64,000 nt of DNA from Camelus dromedarius (Eukaryota), in the NCBI RefSeq assembly GCF_036321535.1, contig NC_087445.1, positions 46,686,001-46,750,000 of the forward strand. Reading direction: 5' to 3'. The position numbers were made by a program, and so were the translations under genes. This document shows, piece by piece, positions 54,401 through 64,000 of the stretch. The notes beneath the pieces are model-generated. The model saw nothing but the letters and a program-made list of their open reading frames with translations. It was not told where the DNA came from and ran no database searches. The number at the start of each line of letters is the position of its first letter. Positions within the stretch are counted from its first letter, which is position 1.

Positions 54401-57400
54401 AGAGATACAGGTAACAGGAAGGCATTTTACGTAAGTGGTAGAGTGTGAATAACCAGGATGTCAAGTGCGAGAGTATCAAGGAATGTTCTAGAATATGGAG
54501 ATGGTGGCGAAGAGGTTGTTGGGGCCTTGAATATCAGAAAAAGGAAGTTAGAATTTTACATAATATGTAAAAGTCATAAAAATATTTTGATGTTTGTATT
54601 CATCCAACAAATCACTAAAGATCAGCTAGGTGGCAGATTCTATGTGAGGTGCTGTGATGCGATGGGGAGTAAGGTAGGCAAGGTCCTTGTTCTCATGGAG
54701 CTTACATCCTGGTTTTGGATACAGACAATAATTAGGTAAAGGTGCAAAAAAGGAGACTGATCTGGGCTGTAAAGGAAAAAGGCAATGCTGTGATGAGAAA
54801 GAAAAAGGAAGTCCTTTCTCAGAAAGGTGGTCAGGGAAGGACTCTGAGGAGAGGATGTTTAAGCTGAGGTCTAAAGGATTAGGAGGAGCCAGATGTTCAA
54901 AAAGCTGCAAGAGAGCAAGTGCAGGGGCCGGCAGTGGGCGAGAGCTGAGAGTGCAGGGGGCCTGGAAAGGGAGGAGAGCAGGATAAGGAGACCCTGGGGA
55001 AGTGGGCAGGGGCCGTGGGGCCTGCAAGGCCGTGTAAGGAGGGTGGATTTTACGCCAGATGCCAGGACAGCCACTCAAGGGCTGTAAGCACTGAAGTAAC
55101 ATAATCTACTTTATATTTTTAAAGGATTATTCTGAGTACTATGTAGGGAGAATGGATTGGAGGGGGTGAGTGTGGAAGCAGGGAGTTAGATAGATGCTAT
55201 CACATAAACACAGCTAAGGACTGCTGATGGTCTGGATAAGGCCATGGTGGCAGAGATGGGGAAAAGAGAAAATGAGGTCTATCTGGAGGGAGCACTATAA
55301 GAACTGCTGATGGGCTTGGGTGTGGGGAACCAGAGAGCAGTTAAAGCTGGGTTTCTGGCTTTAGGAACTGAGTTACTAAAAAGTGCCATTTACTAAGATG
55401 GGAAAGATGAGGGAATGATCAGGTATGGGAGGCAGAAAGTTAGGAGTTTCAATTTGGACATTTCCAAGGGGAGATGAAAACAGATCAGAAAGATGAATTC
55501 AGAAGTAAGAAAGATGAATTCAGAAGTAGGAAAGATGAACGTGATAGAGACTGAAAGCAGGGAGACCAGGTAGAAAACCATCAAAGCGAGGGAGAGCTGA
55601 CAGTGGAATGGGAGAGGAGGGGGGTTGGGGGGACCTGGCAACGGCCTGCATGTGGTGAGTAAGACAGTAAAGTCAAAGGTGACAGAAGGGGAATCAATCA
55701 TTAACCTTCAATTGTCAGTGAGGAGCAGCAGGTCAGGAAGAACAGCTGGCTGCATCTCCATGTTGATGTCAAATAGGGAGTTGAAAACAACTAAACTCAG
55801 AACTGGAAGTGAACTTGTTAGAGAACAATGACAGTGGTTGAATTGCCAAGGAGGAAGACAGAATAGGAAGGCGATTTGTGCAATTCTGGGAAGGCCTCTA
55901 GGCCTGTGTGCATTTACTCGGTTGAAGGTGATTCAGTGATGACATAGAAGAGATGTGAGAGGCAAGAGAAAAGCCAGTGTCAAGAAGGCCAAAGAAAGAA
56001 AGGCTTTCAAAGAGAGGCTGGTTAAGACAGTCAACTGCTTTGGAGATGTCTAAAACAGATGAAGGCCAAGAAGTGGCCACTGAATATGGCAACTAAGAGA
56101 CCACTGGTGACTGGAGAAAATGGGAGAACAAAAGGTAGGTAGGTGTCAAATGCTAGGGAGTAAACAGGCGAGGAGGGGAAGACATGAGTGCGGTTGAGTA
56201 AGAAGCCTGGTGGTGAGCGAAGAGAATGAGGGAGTGAGTGTGTCGCTGTGAGTGTAGGTGTGGCACAGGTTTACAACCAGTCATGATGCCACTCTCTGAC
56301 CCAAGTCCCCGATGCCCCAGACTCGCGCTCACCGCCAGTTCCTGCCGTATGTGTTCCGTGGTTGCCTCCAGGGCCCGTGTGCCCTTGGTGGCCTCATCCT
56401 CCACAGCTTTCACTGTCTTGAGCAATGATGTCACATTGGTCACCATCACCTGGGGGCATCAAAGGAACGGGGTAGGGATCACTTTAAAGAACGGGAAAAA
56501 GCACCTTGATCCACCTCCTCTCCTCAGGCTGTTCTCATTCCTCCGACCTTGGCAGAGTTCTTGAGCTGCCACACAGCAGGGTCATCCCCGACTTTGCCAG
56601 CTGCAGCCTTTGTTGCACTGATGAGGTCTCCCAGGGCCTTGGCCACATCTTTCACTGCATTGATCAGCACCACCTGTGTGGGACAGCAGAGGCTCTGGTC
56701 TGTGGGAAGGAAAGGAGGAACAGGAAGTGGTTCCGGCCAGAATTAAGGGTGTCAGGTGGATACCTGGGTCTCAGGGTCCTCGGCTCCCAGGCTGGCTGCA
56801 CCCAGCTTGACCACGTCAGCGAGGCGAGTGATGGTGGCCACAGAGGACTGGGCAGCCTGTGCCAGCTTCTCCTGGCTCCCAGCTGCATTCTGCACCAGGA
56901 CCTTGGTGTCCTCCACCAGCACCTTTGCAGTCTTCAGAATGCCCTCCCTGAGAGACGGCCCGGCCCAATCAGCTCTTCTCATGCTTCCCCCAACCCCTCC
57001 AGCCTCTTCTGGCCCCATACCCAACCCTGCCTCCGTGAGGCCCAGGTCCCCCCTCACCGGTGGTCCGCAAAAGTTTCAGCACCCTCGCGATTGAGCGTGC
57101 CGGCGGTAGCGAACATGATGGTGGTGTCGAGGTCAGCGATGATGCCCGACACAGCACTGGCGGCTGTGATGCAGGCCTGGGTGCCACGATTCCCGGCCTG
57201 GAGTGCAGCCAGCACGTGGGAGACCTGGGGGAGGAGAGTCACGTGGTGACTGTGGTAGGTGCCCCGTGGAAGGGATAGGTCACCAGTGCCTGAGAGAAGG
57301 GACAGAGAGGGCTGGGAAGGTTGGAGGGGAACATGAAAGGCTGCAGGGTTGGGGAGCCTGGCCCCGGTCCGCAGGGATGAGCACAGTCACCTTCTCGGAG

Positions 57401-60400
57401 ACTCTTCGTGCACACTCTATCAGCTCCTTCTTGGTATAAGCGTCACTGGGGCTGCACTGCAGGGCGCCTGCCTTGGTGACCAGAGCAGCACAGCCGTGCC
57501 CCAGCTCCTGTACCCGGTGCTTGATGTGGGCACCTATCTGTGAGCAGATGGAAAAGGGAGATGGATTTTACAAGAGGCACTCACGTCCCTCCACTGTGCT
57601 TGAGGAGTCACTAGAGACCTAAAGTAACATGTACTGCAGACTAAAGGGGTTGTGAGAAAAGTGCCCAGCATGTAGACTCATCCTGTTTCACAGCCTTTAG
57701 TCAGGAGGTCACTTCCCACACATGGAAATGATAGCCTGTGGGCACCAGCTGTGCTAAGCAGAGTGAGGAGGAGGGGGAGAAGCGCTTCATGCTGGGTGTT
57801 TGAATCAGAGGCCATGGATTACAATTTGGCCTGTGTGTGGCTGTGGAGGGGCTTGGGGTTGGGGATTAAGTGAGTCATGTGAAGATCCAATTACTGGCTT
57901 TCTTGGAAAGCCAGGAGTTTAGGGAAGGAAGAGCTTCAGGGATTTGCAAGAAGAAAGAACTAAGAAGGGAAAATAGACTGCAGCACAGCAGAGCAGCAGC
58001 CACAGGCCCAGAGGAAGGGCAGCAGAGGATACGGCGGCAGACCAGGAAATCTCTAGGTCCTGGGCTGTCTCCTTTGTCCCTGTGCCTGAAGGCTTTGATG
58101 CCACCCCTACACAGAACTCTGATCACTCTTTCGTGGAGTGGCCCTGAGGATGAACTCCCCCTTCTATGAAAGACCAGAGGGGGCAAGGATGGGACAGCCG
58201 AAGAGACTGACATGATGGGACAGGGGGCACACCACTGGGATGTTCTGTGAGGGGCAGGGGGGAGGTCAGAACTGCCTCCAAGTTACCTCTTCATTTTCAG
58301 CAGCTACAGCTGCGGGCTTGGCCTGTGAGGCCAGACGACCATAGTCACTGGTCAGCTGGTTTGCGAGAGGGCCCAGCTCCTCAGGGCTGGTGTTTGACTT
58401 AGTTACCTGGTGATAGTGGAAAAAGGGGAGTTATGTCCAAACTCAACTCTCCAAGGGCAGTCCTCTTAAAACTCTCCCAAACTCACCATCTCCTGAACGG
58501 TAACAGCAATGGCCTTGGCTGTCCGCACCATAGTTGTCTGGTAATCCACAAAGGAACCTTCTGGTTCACCCATTGGTCCTTCATCTAGCTGAGGGAGGAG
58601 GATGAGGGAAGGGAAAAGATTGTTGGTCCCTGCCACTGGGCTCAGGGACCTGGCCTGCGGTCGGCTCTGTCCACAGGCACCCCGGGTCTCTCACCTGGTT
58701 GATGGCCTGCGTGATGGAGTCCACCATGCCGCCGACAACCCCAGCAGCACTGGCTGCCTCGTTGAGGGTGGTTATTAGGTCTTCCACGGCCTCTGTCATC
58801 ATCTGCACGGCCTCCTCCAGGGCTTCCTGGGTGTGAGCTGCTTGCTGTGGGGCACAGTGAATGAGGGGGGGCCCCGCTGTTCCTGCATCTCCGACTTCTT
58901 ATAGCAGCCGCCTCGCACCCTAGCCCTCAGTACCTTGGGGTTACCGCCAGCCTCCTTGGCTGTGTACAGCAACTGCAGGGCAGACTCGGCCAAGGTTTTA
59001 GTCTGGTCCAGGAGCGCCATCTGCTGTGGGTGGCTCAGGGTCTTGGAGGCAGCACCCACGGCAGCCAGGGTGAGTGGCTCAAAGTATTGGGCCATCTGGG
59101 ACACCTGAGGCAGGGGGTTGGACTAGGGGTCAGCTGGGCCAAGTACCCTTGTTCATCCTGCCTCGGACTCCCCATTTGTCTCCCCAGATACCTTGTGTCC
59201 CAGCTGGGAGGCTTCAGCCCGGGCAGCACTGGCCAGCGGCTCAATAAGATGGGAGATCTCCTGCACCGCAGTGAGCATCTGGGTGTGCAGGGCCTGGGGA
59301 GGAAGTGAAATTTAGCCCTGACTATGACCTGTGATGGGACCCTCCAGTTGCACAGGACCCTACTCTTCTCATATCCAACTATCCCCCCAACCCCCGGCAT
59401 GTTTCATACCCTCGATGTCTCTAGGAAGCCCACTCCCAGATCGCCCATCCTCCTTAAGCCTGTCAGCCCTCCTCCCAGACACACGCTTTCATAGGACCCT
59501 CTTCCCCCTTACCTCTTGAGAGATACCCTCACGGGGAGCAAGCTGCTGGCTGACTGCAGCGAGGGAAGCCTGGTCCAGGTCCCGCAGACAGCTGTTCAGA
59601 GCTGCAATGGCTGTCTCACACTCTAGCTGCCCTGGAGCCTTGTCCCTGCAGACACATCACAGGCTTCAGCACGAAGAACATCCCTTGAATACAAGGCTAG
59701 CCTACCTTTTCCCCTGCACCCACCAAATCTTGGCCAACAGGTGTCCTCTAACACTGTCCCATCTCATTGCACGTAAGTGCCCACCCCTCCATTCTGCCAC
59801 AGCGTATGTCCCCCAGTCACACTGGTTCTCTACCTGACCCCCATACCTCATGCTTGTAATGAGCTTCTTGATAGAGTCGGAGACAGTACGGGAGTGGCCA
59901 GCCAACACTGACCAGCGCGGGGGGTCCCGGGGATTGACCGCCAGGGCCCGGGCTGTCTGGATTAGGCCCCCGGCACTCTCCAACATTGTCTTCGCAGAGA
60001 TCACAATGGGTTCCATAGCAGCCCGGCCCTGGAGAGAAGGGAGGCAGGGAGGTGAGTCTCAAGACTCCAGGAAGATGAGGTGGCAGCCACCCCATCAGTT
60101 CTTCCTTCACATTGCCTCACCTCAGGGCTGATCTGGGCAGGAACACTGGAGAACTCAGGGTTGGATGCAAAGGCACTCAGATTGTCCACAGCCTCCAGCA
60201 GAGGGGCGGTTGCTGCTCGGCACTGGGCACGGTTCTCCTCTGTGAAGGCCCCATCTAGTGCCTGAAGTGGGAATGACACAGAGGCCCTCAGGACGGACTG
60301 TAGGCAAAGGCAGCGAAGCCCAGGTCTCCCTCCTGAGCTTAAAGGTTAAAGGGTGTGGGGAGAGGGTGGTGATGACCAGCGTGGATAGGAAAGGGCTTGG

Positions 60401-63400
60401 GCTCAGGCAGTGGGATTTGGTAGAAGGCCTCAGGGAGTGACAGGGAAGGTCAGGGGAGAGAAGACTAGACAGGTCGGGGAGAGGCTGAGAATTCAAACAC
60501 TGGGAACCTTGATGGTCTTGACAAGATTGGCTGTGCTGTTGGCCACCTCCTTCGCTGATTGTACAAACTGGCGCTTGGCAGTAGGATTGGCAGTACGGGC
60601 AGAAGCCAGGCGGCAGCTGTTACACAGTGCAGAGGTGTGTTTGGCAACAATGGTGGCTGCAGAGAGCACCTGAGGAGACAGAATCGTGGAAGAGCTGTGA
60701 TGAGGGCAGGAGGGAAGTGTTCACACCAGGGAGGAGCCCCTTTAGGTTGGGGTGGAGAGTAATACCCTTGGAAGTCTAATTAGGAAAGACAGAGTCACCT
60801 GAAAAGTCAAGGTTTGGGAGACAGAGATGCCCAAAGATAAGCAGGGTGTGGGGGGAAGGAAGGCGAAGGGCTGACACACTAATGGAGAAATCGTAACAGA
60901 CTCAGTAGGAAAGTGATCTCAAACGTCCATACAGAAGTGGTGAGCTTGGCAGTAACTGAAGGAATGATGAGAAACATGCAGGAGAAGACAATTACCCAGA
61001 GAAGCTGCGTGTGGAAGGTCAGAGATGGGGCTCCGCTCTCTCCCCAACACGTCCCCCCTCCACGTGCCCTCTCCCCACAACAGGGCTGGTGCAGCCTGGC
61101 TCAGCAGCCCTTCCCAGACCTGCCCATGGTACCTGTACCCTGGAGTTACCTGGGCCTGGGTGCAGCCAGGCTCCCCCAGGCTCTGACAGGCCATCTGAAT
61201 TGCCTGGTTTGCTCGGGCAAACTGTGTGGGCTCTACCAGCCCTTGCTGTCCAGCTTGGCTGTTGGGGTCAGAGACGCCAACCAGATATGCAGCCTGAGGA
61301 GAGAGGAAGTGGGGTGAAGAATAAGGAATATTCCTCAGGTGGGAATTAAATAGTGATGGTGGGGACAAAGGGCAGCAGAGGTAAGTTTAGTGGCCAGGGT
61401 TCTATGTGAGTGGAGGTGTATTAACCAGCTACAGTTACACTATAAAAAAAAAGGGAAAAAAACCCTTTCCTGTTCTGTTAAATGTGTTCAAACATTTCAG
61501 AAGATTAAAAAAGGAAAAAAGGAAAGCCACATAATAAAGTTTTTATCAAAATTCTATTTAGATGTGTATGCGTGTGTATGTTTGGTCTTAAGGTGAAAAA
61601 TATTGCTTACTATAAGTAGCAGTGAAAAAAGTTTGAAAGCCACACATAAACACATATATACTGAAAGCCTCTTTTAGAGACAGTTTTAAAACTATGGGGA
61701 TGGTTAACATTTACAGTATCTCCAGGCTTCTAGATTTGGAAAGGGGAAGGAATGGGTGTAACAGTTGCCCAAAATTTGTTTTGATTGGAGGACCATCATA
61801 AGGTTTGATTATTACTTCACCCAACATATGGTAGCTTTGCTTTTTCCTCTTCATGCTTTTCCAGAAATAAGTCAAACCATATAGAGCAGGCCACCCAACA
61901 GAACAGGGCAAAGGGAGGCAGGATGGGAAACTCTCAGATGAACTCTCATGCCAGTTTGTCTTAAGGATTCACATACTAAAGCAAAATACTCTCAGAGCTA
62001 ATTGACTGTTTATAATTCATAATGTAGAAAAAAGCAAATTTAAGTGGTGACTCAAGTAATTGTAAATATAGTCCCTGGTACTAAAGTAAAAATTATGTGA
62101 AAATAATTTGCATACGTTAATCAGTATATAGCAAGAAAGCCAGGGCTGGAGAAGGCCCAGTGGTTGGACAGTGTAATCATAACCCAAAGCACCAGGGCTC
62201 AGGGGTGACAGCAATCAGAATTGTTGGTGTTCTACAACTGGTGACAAATATCTCCACTTTAGGAGGGGTTAAGAACTCCACTCTCCATAGAGTTGGCTTT
62301 GTAAGCATAACTTTTTTTTTTTTTTTTCCACATAACTTTTGACTGCTCTGCGTGTCAGGCTGTGAGGAGGAGGGGTAGGGAGGGCAGGGGAGTTCCAGGG
62401 ACCATCTCAGGAGAATAACCTGTGCAGCTGCCTCGGTGAAGCCACAGAGCGCCTTGGAGGCTGTGGCGATGGCCTCCCCAAACTCTGGCAGATTTCCGTT
62501 CTTGGCATTTTGGGAGATGCCAGTCATGGCCTCACCCAGCACCTGAGGAACAGAGGGTATCAGGAGAGTCAGATCCTTCCTCAGAGGGGTAGGGCAGCCC
62601 CTAGTTAGTTTCCTCTTCCTGCCCTCTGCCCTCCTGGATTCCTGGCTACACCTACCTTTGAGTTTTCCATGACACTGTCCAGGCAGCCAAAGTAGGACAT
62701 GTCATTGATGGGCTGGACTGGGTTCTCTAGGAGTTCCCGGACTGTCTGTGTAGGGCGGGGGTTGACGTGAGATCCGAGACATCCCTTCACCCCAAACCCA
62801 GAACACCTTCCTCAACCTCAACCCCATTTGGCCTGCCAGAGCCTACCTCCAATTCCCGCAGGGCATTGTCACACTCTTTCTGGCCTGGCGCCTGCTGGGT
62901 GCACATGGTGATGAGCTGGTTGATGCTGTCGGTCACTGCCCTGGGAGGAAAAGGAAGTCAAGTGAATGGGTGCCTAGGTCATCATTTCTGCATCCTGTAC
63001 ACATGGGAAGTCTCCAGCTGTTTCTCTTTTGTCTATAATTACTCCTAAGCCAGGGACTTCTCATGAAATTCCCCCTCCTCAATCTCTTCAACATTCTAGG
63101 GCTGGGCTTCCTAGCTTCTGCTTACCGGGCAGCTGCAGCCAGCTGACTCTTGAGGTTGGGGGAAGCAGGGTCTGTGGACAGGGCCTTAGCGGCCAGAAGA
63201 AGTTTGCTTGAAGACATGGAGATGCCCTTCAAGTTGGACACGACCTGGGCACGGTCCTCCTGGCTCTGTTGTAGGTGAGAAGGTCAACACATTGTCCGAT
63301 CCTTTCTTATTTGTCTCTAAAAGGGGCCTCTGTCCCAGACACTCAAGTACTGCTAGAGACTGGGGAGGGGAGGGAGCCAGGGGCCGGACAGGACTCCATG

Positions 63401-63981
63401 GTCACACAGATGCCTCCAGTCTGACCCGTGAACTACACCCTGTGCCTCTTCATACCGGAGCCTGTCCTGCNNNNNNNNNNNNNNNNNNNNNNNNNNNNNN
63501 NNNNNNNNNNNNNNNNNNNNNNNNNNNNNNNNNNNNNNNNNNNNNNNNNNNNNNNNNNNNNNNNNNNNNNNNNNNNNNNNNNNNNNNNNNNNNNNNNNNN
63601 NNNNNNNNNNGCCGGCTCTGAGCTTCTTGAAAAGTCCCAGTGCTGGGGGGAAGCTGCATGGTCAGAGGGGAAGTCAGGTGTAAGAATGGGAAAGGATGTG
63701 AGGGAGAGTCTGGTAAAGGAGGGCTGGTAGGTGTGCGCAGAGCCTGGGCTCAGTGAAGGGGGGTACATCTGGGAAGTTGGGGTCAAGGAGAGGTCCAGAA
63801 GTAGGAGGAGGAGCTTGGAATTCTTCATCCCCTAGGTTCCCCCCTCACCCCGCCCCTCTACCGAGTCACTTAGGAGTCGCTTGCTGGCATCTCCCACTGC
63901 TCTCAGGGCATTGTCCACATCGCGCTGGCCAGGCAGGCAGCTGACACAACGGTTCAGGGCCTGGGTCACTGCTTTGGCCAC
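51464..63981 (-). CDS. TLN1: Talin-1, 3' part: last 30 coding exons, 1354 aa (about residues 1188-2541); 5' part outside window
   Basis: Exons 63981-63862, 63653-63456 (contains gap), 63265-63126, 62940-62847, 62745-62656, 62542-62420, 61293-61150, 60669-60508, 60261-60121, 60028-59847, 59645-59513, 59293-59192, 59104-58934, 58844-58695, 58588-58487, 58406-58287, 57537-57391, 57224-57058, 56947-56764, 56673-56548, 56449-56333, 54077-53892, 53753-53646, 53139-53034, 52829-52705, 52595-52470, 52351-52289, 52178-51996, 51846-51718, 51589-51464 (4065 nt). Rod helices, I/LWEQ domain, end KFLPSELRDEH*. Confidence 0.98.
54595..56150 (-). mobile_element. L2 LINE (antisense) in the largest TLN1 intron of this window
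   Basis: ttcatccaacaaat..gtccttgttctcatggagcttaca..gatttggcaactaagagaccactggtgac-type L2 motifs. Confidence 0.65.
63471..63610. other. Assembly gap, 140 N, inside a TLN1 coding exon
   Basis: Directly visible; reading frame preserved across it. Confidence 0.99.
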
Positions 63982-64000
63982 CTGAGGTAGGAAAGGAGAT

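Noticed and set aside
56506-57249. 247-aa plus-strand ORF
   Set aside because: Antisense shadow of TLN1 exons; no independent signals.

Overview
Eutherian mammal genomic DNA, syntenic with human 9p13.3. Gene order: repeat-rich intergenic DNA (1-11 kb), SIT1 (-), RMRP (RNase MRP RNA, -), CCDC107 (+), ARHGEF39 (-), CA9 (+), TPM2 (-, both mutually exclusive exon pairs) and the last 30 coding exons of TLN1 (-, continues past the right edge). I traced all exon chains by hand: GT-AG junctions, frames consistent, no premature stops. Two N gaps (29071-29229, 63471-63610). No Alu, B1/B2, Bov-A/tA, PRE-1 or Can-SINE was recognised, and the young L1 tail looks camelid-like (inference). I found no convincing new biological system. 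Best second-look items: a c-fos-type ETS+CArG serum response element in TPM2 intron 2, an orphan ZNF143-type CpG promoter at 11.4 kb, start-codon turnover in SIT1, a TSD-flanked L1 fragment with an apparent 21-nt 3' transduction, a frameshifted counterpart of the human CCDC107 retained intron, and a diverged ortholog of the MIR6852 mirtron intron. Comparisons to human/mouse sequences and repeat family names are from memory, not from searches.
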